Assembly: GCA_964615935.1 (NCBI GenBank)
Contig: CAZTTG010000052.1
Location: 1-41,987, forward strand
DNA: 41,987 nucleotides
Direction of reading: 5' to 3'
Source of the DNA: an uncultured Planctomycetaceae bacterium
GTDB lineage: Bacteria; Planctomycetota; UBA1135; GCA-002686595
Shown: piece after piece, positions 17,615-26,092 of the stretch
How positions within the stretch are numbered: the stretch's first letter is position 1
How the letters are laid out: every line of letters starts with the position of its first letter
Program-made: the position numbers and the translations under genes
Notes under the pieces: generated by a model
The model's input: the letters and a program-made list of their open reading frames with translations, nothing else
What the model was told of the DNA's origin: nothing
Database searches by the model: none

Positions 17615-18352
17615 TTGAGCCGACGGCCAGAAGCGAGACCGAAGAGCGCGAGACGGCGCGGGCCGCCCGCCGCCGGCGAGGAGGCCGCGAGGCCCGGCGA
17701 GGACCGGGTCCTCGAGAGCCCGCCCACGAGCGAGGTCGCCGTCCCCCGAGCCGCCGCGCGCCGGAGCCCCTCCCGGGACTGGCGCACCTGGCTGGCGGGC
17801 GGCAGCTCGAAGGAGGTCCTGGCGCGGCTGGTGCAGGGGGATCCCCTCGAGCTGCGCGCGGTGGTCGCCGAGCGTCTGCGGGCTCGCGCCTACCTTCTGC
17901 CGGGCGACCGCGTCCATCTGCGCAGCCTCGCGCGCTGCGCCCGCCACGCCCTGGGGTACCGCGGACGGCCCCCCCTGGATGCGTGGCTCCGCGATCGGGT
18001 GGACGAGGCCATCGTCAACCTCCTGCGGGAGGATGGCCAGGGGCCGATCGAGGGCGAGGAGCCCCCGCTCGGGGAGCTCTCCTACTACCGCGATCTGGCG
18101 GCGCCCCTGGGCCTGGACCCGGCGGAGATGCGCGGCGTGTGCGCGGCCTTCAACCGGCTCCCCGAGCCGGATCGCGCGGCCTTCTGCGCGCTGGTGATCG
18201 AGGGCCGCCCACTGGAGGAGGTCTCGGAGGAGGCCGGGGCCTCGGCGACCGAGGTGGCCCGGCGCGCGCGGCGCGCGCTGCAGGCATTCCTGAACAGGGA
18301 GGTGACGGGGCCGACAGCGGATCCCCCCGCCTCCGGAAAGGCGGAGTCTTGA
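17615..18352 (+). CDS. Sigma-70 region-4 (ECF-type HTH) domain protein with Arg-rich N-terminus; TTG start with strong Shine-Dalgarno (GGAGGGAGG)
   Basis: The C-terminal CAAFNRLPEPDRAAFCALVIEGRPLEEVSEEAGASATEVARRARRALQAF matches sigma70_r4_2. The region-2 equivalent is at best degenerate. The stop overlaps the next ORF (TTGA). Confidence 0.55.
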   Translation: MSRRPEARPKSARRRGPPAAGEEAARPGEDRVLESPPTSEVAVPRAAARRSPSRDWRTWLAGGSSKEVLARLVQGDPLELRAVVAERLRARAYLLPGDRVHLRSLARCARHALGYRGRPPLDAWLRDRVDEAIVNLLREDGQGPIEGEEPPLGELSYYRDLAAPLGLDPAEMRGVCAAFNRLPEPDRAAFCALVIEGRPLEEVSEEAGASATEVARRARRALQAFLNREVTGPTADPPASGKAES

Positions 18353-18873
18353 AGAGAACGAGGAAGCGCGGGATCGAGGCTCTGGCGGCGAACCTCGATC
18401 GCCTGGCGAGCGGGGCCCGGGTGCCCGCCGAGGGAGCGGTCGCGTCGATCGAGGAGTGGAGAGCCCTGCGCACGGCTACGGGCGCGGTCCTCGGCTGGGT
18501 GAGCCAGCGCGCGGCCCGCGCCGAGCTCGAGCGGGTCCACCGCATCGAGCTGGCCTACCTCCTGCGCGAGGCGTCGCGACGTCGAATGGCCGCGGGCTCC
18601 CCGCCGGACGGCGCGCCCCCGGCCCCGGGCGACGCCCTCGAGCACCTCCGGGCTCGTCTGCGCGAGGAGCTCGAGAGCTGGGACCTCGACGGCCTGGCCC
18701 TGAGCCCCGACGTCCTGCGGGTCGCCCGCGGCTGCCGGCTCGGCGAGCCCACCGGCTGGCCCCGGGCCGAGGAGCTGGCGTGGGCATCGCTCCAGGTGGA
18801 TGGCTGCGCCGAGGGGCGGGAGTGCCTCCGCCGCGCCCGCTTTACGGAGGTCCGGGGGGCCTCCCGCCGCTGA
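18349..18873 (+). CDS. Hypothetical protein (about 174 aa) coupled between the sigma-like gene and the AAA+ regulator
   Basis: This is the tail of the long frame-1 ORF. A TTG at 18349 overlaps the upstream stop, the codon usage is GC3-rich, and it ends 2 bp before the ATG of the next gene. I recognise no domain. Confidence 0.35.
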   Translation: MKRTRKRGIEALAANLDRLASGARVPAEGAVASIEEWRALRTATGAVLGWVSQRAARAELERVHRIELAYLLREASRRRMAAGSPPDGAPPAPGDALEHLRARLREELESWDLDGLALSPDVLRVARGCRLGEPTGWPRAEELAWASLQVDGCAEGRECLRRARFTEVRGASRR

Positions 18874-18875
18874 CC

Positions 18876-21623
18876 ATGGGAGCCCGACAGCAGGACGCGC
18901 TCGAGCTGCTGCTGCCCGACGCCGCGCCCGGGGTGTGGCGGCGGGCCCAGAGGGTGACCACCTTCCTGCGGCTGCTCTCCAACGACGCGCGGCAGGCCTC
19001 GGCCGGGCCGATTTCGATCAACCTGGACCGCGCGCGCTGCGAGCTCGAGCGCGACCAGCTCCAGCGCGTTCGCGGCGCGGTCACCGAGCTCCTGCGCCAC
19101 CACCTGTACGCGGCCCTGGGGGAGCGGAGCTTCGCCTGGTTCGGCGAGACCCTGGGGACGCCGCAGAGCGCCTGGAGCGTGCTGGAGGAGCAGCGACGGG
19201 AGCTCCCCTGGCTGGCCTGCGTGCCCGGGCCCGGCGAGCGGCCCCTGGACGTGGCGCGCCGGCTCGTGCGCTGCGCCGAGCAGCTCGACGCCTCGCCCGA
19301 GCGCATCGCGCCCTGGAGGGCGCGCCTGATCCGCGCGGAGCGGGGACCCGCGGAGGGGGAGGCGGCCTTTCGGGAGCTGCTCGAGCCCGGGCGCGATCGA
19401 GCGACCGGGCCGATCGCCCTGGGCGCCGCCCTCCGGGGCGTGGCCGAGTGCCGACTCGATCGGGGAGCCGTGGGGCACGCCCGCGACTGGCTGGAGGAGC
19501 ACGCCGAGCGGGTCCTCTCCGACCCCCGGCTGAAGCAGCTTCTGGTGTGGGTCCGCCTCCTGCTGGGGGACGAGGACGGGGCCCGCACCGTGCAGGCGGG
19601 AAGTCACCCCTGGGTGGGGAGGCTGCCCGCGGCCCTGGCGGAGCTGCGGGAGCTGCGCCCCGACTGGCTGCCCCTCCTGGCCGGCTGCGCGCGCGGCGCG
19701 GCGGGTGGCGCGGTGCCCGTGGCCGAGGCCCCGCGCTGCCGGCGCGGCCTGGGGGCGTCCCTCCTCGGGGTCTTCGCCTTCCGGCCGGGCGAGGGCGCGA
19801 GGGCGGTGCACGTCGACGTCTCCCCCGGCCTGCGCGATCGGCTCGAGGACTGGATGGCCGAGCGCGACGGAGCCTGGGCGGTTCCCTCCGAGCCGGAGCA
19901 TCGCCTGGTGGTCTCGGCCGCCGTCTGCGTGGAGCACCGCGCCGGCGAGTCGCCCCTGCGCGGGGCGGTCGGACCCGAGAGCGCGCGAGCCGTGGCCCTG
20001 GCGCCGGTGCTCTGCGACGACGGGGAGGTGGCCGGCTGGCTGCGGGTGGAGTGCGACCACCACCTGCTCCCGACGGGGCCGGCCCTGGCGGAGGCGGCGC
20101 TCGGGTGGCGCGCCCGCGTGCTGGGCGCGCTGGCCTCGGCGCCGGGGGGGGAGCGGGACGAGGCCGGGCCCGGCGCGATGCTCGTCCGCGAGCCGCCTCG
20201 GACCGCGCGGGCCGCGGAGCCCCGGGCGGCGGCGCGGGCGGCCGCCGATTTCGTGGCGGAGCTGGGCATGAAGACCGCGCGGCGTCGCTGGTGGTGCTTC
20301 GCCCTCGACGGGTCGGGCCTGCGCGTCCTGGCGGAGGGGGGCGGCGCGCTGCGCGAGGAGCCCGGGGGCCGGGGCGCGGCGCGGGGCCTGCGCCGGGCCC
20401 TCGCCACCGGCGGGACGGTGCGCTTCGAGGAGCCCGACCCGGGCCTCTCGATCTGCTCCTCGGCGGGCTCGGGAGTGGTGCTCCCCATCCGCGCGGCGGG
20501 CGAGCTGATAGGCCTCCTCGCCGTCGAGTCGAGCCGGCGACGCGACTTCCGGGAGTCCGACGCCGACCGACTGCTCGAGCGCCTGAGCGCCTTCGGCTAC
20601 CGCCTGCGGATCGCCCAGCTCAGCGACTGGCACGAGTTGAACTTCGGCTTTCCGGTGCACTTCGAGAGCGGGGGATCGGGGCTGGGCGGGCGGGTGACCG
20701 ACCTCCTGGTGGCCGGGCGCTCCCGGGCGCCGGTCGTGATCTGCGGCCCGGCCGGATCGGGCAAGCGGGTCCTGGCCCGCTGGCTGCACTTCGAGGGCCA
20801 GGGGCGCGATGAGCCGATCGAGATCCTCGCCTGCGGCAGCATCGATCCCGCGCGGGCGGCCGAGGAGCCCTTCGCCCCGCCCGAGCCCCCCGGGCGGAGG
20901 AGGGCCACCGGTGAGGGGAGCGGACGCGGAACCCTGGTGCTGGACGATCTGTCCGGCCTGGCAGCCCCTCTTCAGGCGCGCCTGCTCGAGTGGATCGTCG
21001 GCCGCTCGGGCGGCGCGCGATCGGGCTCGAGGCGGCCGCGCCTGATCGCCACCTCGCGCACCTCGCTGGCGCGGGCGGTCGCCGCCGGCTCGGTGCGCTC
21101 GGACCTCGCTCAGCGGCTCGACCGACTGCAGCTCGCCGTCCCTCCCCTGTGCCGCCGGCGCGAGGAGATCCCGCCCCTGGTGGAGCTCTTCGGCCAGCGC
21201 TTCGCTCGAGAGGAGGGCCTGCTCGCGCCGCGCTGGTCCGATCCAGCCCTGGCGCTCCTGTGGCGGCAGCCCTGGGAGGGCAACCTGCCGCAGCTCGAGA
21301 ACCTGGTCTACAAGCTCGTCCTGCTCCACCCGGCCCGGGAGGTGGGAGGCGCACAGGTGCGGGAGGTGGCGCGCCGCTTCGGCCTCCCCCTGACGGAGCG
21401 CCTGCCCTCGCGCCATCCCGAGCGGGCGGAGGTCCTCGCCGCCCTGCGGACGACGCTCACCGGCAGGGGAACCCTGAACAAGACCCGGGCGGCCACCTAC
21501 CTCGGCTGGGATCCGGACACCCTGGTCAGCCGCATGCGCGACCTCGACGTCGAGGGACTCGAGGAGGGGTCCTCGCGGGCCGACACGGCCCCGACGGTCG
21601 TTAAAGACCAGGAGGAGCGCTGA
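18876..21623 (+). CDS. Sigma-54-activator-like AAA+ regulator (N-terminal sensory region, GAF-like, AAA+, C-terminal Fis-type HTH) with degenerate GAFTGA
   Basis: Walker A is VVICGPAGSGKRVLARWLH. Walker B reads GTLVLDDLSGL, with DD rather than DE. The arginine-finger and sensor-II region is RLIATSRTSLARAVAAGSVRSDLAQRLDRLQLAVPPLCRRREEIPPLVELF. The C-terminal HTH is NKTRAATYLGWDPDTLVSRMRDL. Where GAFTGA should be, the sequence is EEPFAPPEPPGRRRATGEGSG. A GAF-like segment (GVVLPIRAAGELIGLLAVESSRRRDF) precedes the AAA+ domain. Confidence 0.8.
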   Translation: MGARQQDALELLLPDAAPGVWRRAQRVTTFLRLLSNDARQASAGPISINLDRARCELERDQLQRVRGAVTELLRHHLYAALGERSFAWFGETLGTPQSAWSVLEEQRRELPWLACVPGPGERPLDVARRLVRCAEQLDASPERIAPWRARLIRAERGPAEGEAAFRELLEPGRDRATGPIALGAALRGVAECRLDRGAVGHARDWLEEHAERVLSDPRLKQLLVWVRLLLGDEDGARTVQAGSHPWVGRLPAALAELRELRPDWLPLLAGCARGAAGGAVPVAEAPRCRRGLGASLLGVFAFRPGEGARAVHVDVSPGLRDRLEDWMAERDGAWAVPSEPEHRLVVSAAVCVEHRAGESPLRGAVGPESARAVALAPVLCDDGEVAGWLRVECDHHLLPTGPALAEAALGWRARVLGALASAPGGERDEAGPGAMLVREPPRTARAAEPRAAARAAADFVAELGMKTARRRWWCFALDGSGLRVLAEGGGALREEPGGRGAARGLRRALATGGTVRFEEPDPGLSICSSAGSGVVLPIRAAGELIGLLAVESSRRRDFRESDADRLLERLSAFGYRLRIAQLSDWHELNFGFPVHFESGGSGLGGRVTDLLVAGRSRAPVVICGPAGSGKRVLARWLHFEGQGRDEPIEILACGSIDPARAAEEPFAPPEPPGRRRATGEGSGRGTLVLDDLSGLAAPLQARLLEWIVGRSGGARSGSRRPRLIATSRTSLARAVAAGSVRSDLAQRLDRLQLAVPPLCRRREEIPPLVELFGQRFAREEGLLAPRWSDPALALLWRQPWEGNLPQLENLVYKLVLLHPAREVGGAQVREVARRFGLPLTERLPSRHPERAEVLAALRTTLTGRGTLNKTRAATYLGWDPDTLVSRMRDLDVEGLEEGSSRADTAPTVVKDQEER

Positions 21624-22005
21624 CCGGTTGGTCAGCACCCCTCCCTTCCAAGATCTTCCGGTGGGAAGTTCACCTCATTCCGCGGCCCCCCCGGGCACGG
21701 GATGAGGATCTCGTATCAGAGCCTGTAACTCCAATGCGTTATAACGTCCGTCCACCCGACTTTCTGAATGCAATTGGGAGGAATGTTTCACGTCCGCAAC
21801 ATTCGAGTCCAGCCCTCACGAGCAACCCTGGGGGGTGGGGTGACAAAAAGGTGCCTTGTGGCTACGAAATGGATGTGAACTTCCTTCCCGAAACGCACTT
21901 GGGCCATGGTTCGCATTTGGGAAGTCCCAGGGCCGACGGGCCCCGATCCACCGATTCCGGCCCCGCTCCTCGACCAGGGGTCCGGGGCCGGCGGGAGCGC
22001 CGACC

Positions 22006-23085
22006 GTGAGGACCTCCGACTTCGAGTACGAGCTGCCCGAGGGGGCGATCGCCCAGGCGCCCGCTCAGCCGCGGGACCGCTCCCGGCTCCTGGTCCATCA
22101 CCGCTCGGACGCGCGCACCGAGCACCGCCACGCCGCCGATCTGCCGGACCTGCTCGCGCCGGGCGACCTCCTGGTGGTCAACGACACGCGGGTGATCTGC
22201 GCGCGCCTCCTGGGCCGGCGCTCCAGCGGCGGGGCGGTGGAGCTCCTCCTGCTGGAGCGAGTCCCGGGGGGCCGCGAGCGCTGGCGCGCCCTGGCGAAGC
22301 CCGCGCGGCGCCTGCGGGGGGGGGAGGAGCTCGAGCTGGAGGGGGGAGGGCTGCGGGCCCGGCTGGTCGAGCGATCGCCCTCGCCCGATGGCACCGCCGC
22401 CGGGCCCTGGATCCTGGATCTCCTCGACCCCGAGGGCGGCCGGACGCCCATGAGCGAGCTGCTCGAGCGCCACGGCCGGATGCCGCTGCCGCCCTACGTC
22501 CGGCGCCCCCGCGGTGAGGATCCCCGGCGCGAGCTCGACCGCGTGGACTACCAGACGGTGTTCGCCCGCCATCCCGGGGCGGTGGCGGCGCCCACGGCCG
22601 GGCTCCACTTCACCCCCGAGCTGCTGGCGCGGCTCGAGGAGCGGGGCATCGAGCGGACCAGCGTGACCCTGCACGTGGGCGAGGGCACCTTCCGGCCGCT
22701 GGGGGTGGAGCGCATCGAGCAGCACACCATGCACACCGAGCGCTACGAGCTGCCGCCCGCGGCGGTCGCCGCGATCGAGGCCTGTCGGGCCCGCGGGGGC
22801 CGGGTGGTGGCGGTGGGCACGACCAGCGTACGGGTCCTGGAGACCTGCGCGCGCCCCGACGGAGACCTGGAGCCCGGCGTGGGCGAGACGGATCTCTTCA
22901 TCCGTCCGGGGATCCCCTTCCGGGCCGTGGACGCGCTGCTGACGAACTTCCACCTGCCGCGCAGCACCCTGCTCATGCTGGTCTGCGCCTTCGCCGGCCG
23001 GGAGCGGGTGCTGGGCCTGTACCGCGAGGCCGTCGAGCGGGGGTACCGCTTCTACAGCTATGGCGACGCGATGCTGCTCCTGTGA
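22006..23085 (+). CDS. queA: S-adenosylmethionine:tRNA ribosyltransferase-isomerase QueA
   Basis: GTG start giving VRTSDFEYELPEGAIAQAP, the canonical QueA N-terminus. MPLPPYVRRP and LTNFHLPRSTLLMLVCAF are QueA hallmarks. Confidence 0.85.
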   Translation: MRTSDFEYELPEGAIAQAPAQPRDRSRLLVHHRSDARTEHRHAADLPDLLAPGDLLVVNDTRVICARLLGRRSSGGAVELLLLERVPGGRERWRALAKPARRLRGGEELELEGGGLRARLVERSPSPDGTAAGPWILDLLDPEGGRTPMSELLERHGRMPLPPYVRRPRGEDPRRELDRVDYQTVFARHPGAVAAPTAGLHFTPELLARLEERGIERTSVTLHVGEGTFRPLGVERIEQHTMHTERYELPPAAVAAIEACRARGGRVVAVGTTSVRVLETCARPDGDLEPGVGETDLFIRPGIPFRAVDALLTNFHLPRSTLLMLVCAFAGRERVLGLYREAVERGYRFYSYGDAMLLL

Positions 23086-23103
23086 GGGCCTGCCGCGCGG
23101 AGG

Positions 23104-23805
23104 TCACTCCTCGAGCGCCGACTCCAGCAGGCCCCGCAGCGTGCGCGCGGCGGCCGCGGGATCCTCGGCCGCGAGCACGGCCGAGCCCACCGCCACCCGG
23201 CCCACCCTTCCGAGCTCGTCCACGTTGTCGGGCGCGATGCCGCCGATGGCGAAGACCGGGACCGCCGAGGCGGCGCAGGCGATCCAGGCCCGGTCGGCGC
23301 CCTGACCGCGCTCGTAGCCCTTGGTCGCGGTCGCGTGGATGGGGCCGAAGCCCAGGTAGTCCACCGGCTCCACGGTGGCCCGCGCCACCTGGGCGGGGTC
23401 GCGGGTGGAGAGCCCGATCAGGGCCTCGGGCCCGAGCAGCTCGCGGGCGCTCGCCGGCGGGGCGTCGGACTGGCCCAGGTGCACCCCGGCGACGCCCCGC
23501 CCGGCGAGGACCGCCGCCACGTCGGGGCGGTCGTCGACGAGGACCGGCACGCGCTCGGCCTCCGCCGGCGAGAGCGCGTCGAGCACCCGCAGGGTCCAGT
23601 CCCGGGCGTCGCGGGCCGGGCAGATCCGCGATGCGGCCGCTCCGGCGGGCTTGGGGCGCACCTGGATCAGGTCCACCCAGGGCAGGGCCGCCTCGAGCGC
23701 CTCCAGGGGATCCCGCTCGCCGCACAGCTCCGGGGTGAAGAGCAGCATCACCCGCGCCTCGCGCAGGCGATCTCGCAGGGCCGCGCCGTCGAGCCGGTGG
23801 CTCAT
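23104..23805 (-). CDS. thiE: Thiamine-phosphate synthase ThiE
   Basis: 233 aa. LIQVRPK, the VLVDDRPDVAAVLAGRGVAGVHLGQSD region and FAIGGI are typical of ThiE (TMP-TENI fold). Confidence 0.8.
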   Translation of the reverse strand: MSHRLDGAALRDRLREARVMLLFTPELCGERDPLEALEAALPWVDLIQVRPKPAGAAASRICPARDARDWTLRVLDALSPAEAERVPVLVDDRPDVAAVLAGRGVAGVHLGQSDAPPASARELLGPEALIGLSTRDPAQVARATVEPVDYLGFGPIHATATKGYERGQGADRAWIACAASAVPVFAIGGIAPDNVDELGRVGRVAVGSAVLAAEDPAAAARTLRGLLESALEE

Positions 23806-23828
23806 GGGGGGATGGTACCCGAAACGCA

Positions 23829-23856
23829 GGCCCGGCCGTCGGTCGGCGGCCGGGCC
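23829..23856 (-). terminator. Perfect 10-bp stem / 8-nt loop hairpin (GGCCCGGCCG-tcggtcgg-CGGCCGGGCC) between the Zn-ribbon gene and thiE
   Basis: Read directly from the sequence. On the transcribed (minus) strand the hairpin is followed by UGCGUUUCGGG, a weak U-tract, so it could equally be an attenuator or processing hairpin. Confidence 0.3.
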
Positions 23857-24022
23857 TGTCGGGATCCTCGGGGCGACGAGGATCGGCGGAACGAAGCGGG
23901 TCGTGTGATCCCTCGCGGGATCCCCGGCGAGCCCTCCCGAGGCTCGCCGGGTCGCGCGCCGAGGCGCGCAGGTGAGAGAGAGAGAGAATGAGACGAGAGC
24001 GACGACTCGGAGGGTCGGGCGA

Positions 24023-24256
24023 TCAGGCGGACTGCGTGTCCGACTTGGACCCGCGGCGCACGCGCCGACCCTTGGGCTTCTTGGCCTTGAGGGACTCGTT
24101 GAAGGCCTCCCAGTCCTCCTTCGAGAACAGCCGGACCTCGCCCCCGCACTCGACGCAGAAGGACTTGGACACGCTCATCAGGTAGCGGCGGTAGTCCTGG
24201 CATTGGGGGCAGTACTTGCGGTCGTCGTAGTAGCTGTTCGGCTCCATGCTGTTCAT
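24023..24256 (-). CDS. Small zinc-ribbon protein (77 aa) with Lys/Arg-rich C-terminal tail
   Basis: CPQC...CVEC is a four-cysteine zinc ribbon. The tail KAKKPKGRRVRRGSK is basic. Codon usage is GC3-rich, consistent with a real gene. Confidence 0.55.
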   Translation of the reverse strand: MNSMEPNSYYDDRKYCPQCQDYRRYLMSVSKSFCVECGGEVRLFSKEDWEAFNESLKAKKPKGRRVRRGSKSDTQSA

Positions 24257-24621
24257 CCCTCGGTGTGCCTCGCGAACGCCCCTCGGGGAGCAAGGTCGCT
24301 GCCAGGTGCCGCGGAGAGATGATGCGATTTCCTAAGTCCCTGGCGGAACGGGGGTTGGCGCCCGCCGGTATCCCAGCCGGGGGGTGGAGCGGCCCCATGG
24401 CGAGTGTTCGGGGAATGCGACAGCGGGCCGCGGGGCGCGGCCGTGCGGGGCGGTGGGGGCGCAGGACCCGTCTCGCTGGGATGTCGCAAATCACTCCGTG
24501 ACAAGGGTTTGGACGAAGGGCGCGGTGGCGGTGTCGACGGAGATGAACGCTCGGGCGGGAGTGTCGGAGCGGATGGACGGCGGCGGGGTCGCGGTGGGGG
24601 ACGGCGGGCTGGCGAGCGCCC

Positions 24622-25746
24622 TCAGCCCCGCCCCTCCTCCAGCGAGAGCCTCACGTCCGCCCGTACCCCCTCCTCCGGCTCGTTCCCGGCCGCCCGCTCC
24701 ACCGCCGCCAGCACCCCCCGATCCCGCCAGTAGCCCCGCACCAGGGCCCAGGCCGCCGCCTCCCGCACGATTCCCGCGGGATCCCGCTCCAGGGCCCCGA
24801 GCAGCGCGCCTCGACCCTCCTCCGAGCGGACGCTCGCCAGCGCCAGGGCCGCATTCCGCGCCAGCCCCGCACGCCGGGGGCGCCGCACGGGCGATCCCCG
24901 GAGCCAGGCAGCGAAGTCCTCATCCCCCCTCGCCTCGAGGAAGCCGCTCAGCCCCGTGCCCTCGAGCGCCGGGTGGAGGCCGAAGCGCTCGGAGCGATCG
25001 GGAGCGCCGGATCCCCATGGGCACACCTCCGAGCAGACGTCGCACCCGAAGACCCGGTCGCCGATCCTCTCCCGGATCCCCCGCGGCACGGACCCCCGGT
25101 TCTCGATCGTCTGGTAGCTGAGACACCGCCCCGAATCCACCACCCCCGGCTCGAGGATGGCCCCGGTGGGGCAGGCCTCCAGACACGCCGTGCAGGTCCC
25201 ACAGGATCCGGGAGGCGACGCCGTGGCGGGCTCCAGCTCCTGCTGCAGGATCAGCTCCCCGAGGAAGAACCAGGGGCCGAAGTCCGGGTGCAGGAGGTTG
25301 GCGGCCTTGGAGAGGAAGCCGAGCCCCGCCCGGGCCGCGTGGGAGCGCTCCAGGAGGGGTCCGGCGTCCACGATGGAACGGGAGGAGCCGCCCGCGAGGC
25401 CCTCCCGCGCCAGGCGGCGCGCGAGCTTGCGGAGGGCCCTCCCCAGGACCCCGTGGTAGTCGCGGCCGGCCGCGTAGCGCGCGATCCGGCCGCCCCCCGG
25501 CAGCTCGACGGCCGCCCTCGAGTGGGCCACCCCGACCACCACCAGGCTCCGGCCGCCCGCCAGGACCCGGCGGGGATCGGCGATGCGCTCCCGGTTGCGC
25601 TCCAGCCAGCCCATGTCCGCGTGAAGGCCGGCATCCAGCCAGCGCTCGAACCGCCGCCGGTCCGGCGGCGGGATCAGGGGAGCGATCCCCGCCAGGTCGA
25701 AGCCCAGCTCCCGCGCGATCTCCAGGACCCGATCCTCGGGGCGCAT
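24622..25746 (-). CDS. queG: Epoxyqueuosine reductase QueG
   Basis: 374 aa. Two 4Fe-4S cysteine clusters (CGTCTACLEACP, CDVCSEVCPWG) and C-terminal HEAT-like repeats match QueG architecture. Confidence 0.85.
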   Translation of the reverse strand: MRPEDRVLEIARELGFDLAGIAPLIPPPDRRRFERWLDAGLHADMGWLERNRERIADPRRVLAGGRSLVVVGVAHSRAAVELPGGGRIARYAAGRDYHGVLGRALRKLARRLAREGLAGGSSRSIVDAGPLLERSHAARAGLGFLSKAANLLHPDFGPWFFLGELILQQELEPATASPPGSCGTCTACLEACPTGAILEPGVVDSGRCLSYQTIENRGSVPRGIRERIGDRVFGCDVCSEVCPWGSGAPDRSERFGLHPALEGTGLSGFLEARGDEDFAAWLRGSPVRRPRRAGLARNAALALASVRSEEGRGALLGALERDPAGIVREAAAWALVRGYWRDRGVLAAVERAAGNEPEEGVRADVRLSLEEGRG

Positions 25747-26092
25747 GGCCCGATTGTCGCGAGCCCCGCCGGCGGGCTCAACGCAGCGTCGGAGGGGGCC
25801 CGCCGGGCCCCGGGGCGGGGAGGCTCACCGGTGGAGGGGCGCCGGAGCCTCGCCCACACGCGCTCCCTCCGTCACAAAGCCCTTACAGAGCTCCAGTTAG
25901 GGCGTCGTAACCCCAGCAGGGTCGGACATTCGGCTAGATTCGCCGAAGTGGCCCGGGTAACCCCCAGGCCGGGCGGCCATAGTAGAATTGCGAACCTGTT
26001 GAGGGGGTTTCGGGTCGGCGCGCGTCCCGGGACCCACCCCCACCCTCAGACCCGGACTCTCCCCTGATGCCGACTCTGACAGGCCGGACCCG

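Noticed and set aside
14904-18873. Minus ORFs 14904..17285 (793 aa) and 16583..17947, and plus ORFs 15812..17362 and 16828..18873 (681 aa).
   Set aside because: They are antisense or off-frame to the NfeD and flotillin genes. Only the last 174 codons of 16828..18873 (18349-18873) lie in non-overlapping space with coupled start and stop signals, so only that part was kept.
18555-21638. Minus-strand 1027-aa ORF and plus 18800..20812 (670 aa) overlapping the AAA+ regulator gene.
   Set aside because: Antisense or off-frame to a gene with unmistakable Walker A, arginine-finger and HTH motifs. Their translations are R/G/P-rich noise.
23806-24022. TPP (THI-box) riboswitch upstream of thiE.
   Set aside because: I looked on the coding strand for the CUGAGA / ACCUGA / GCGUAGGGA cores and did not find them. 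Only a simple hairpin is present. A covariance-model search could still overturn this.
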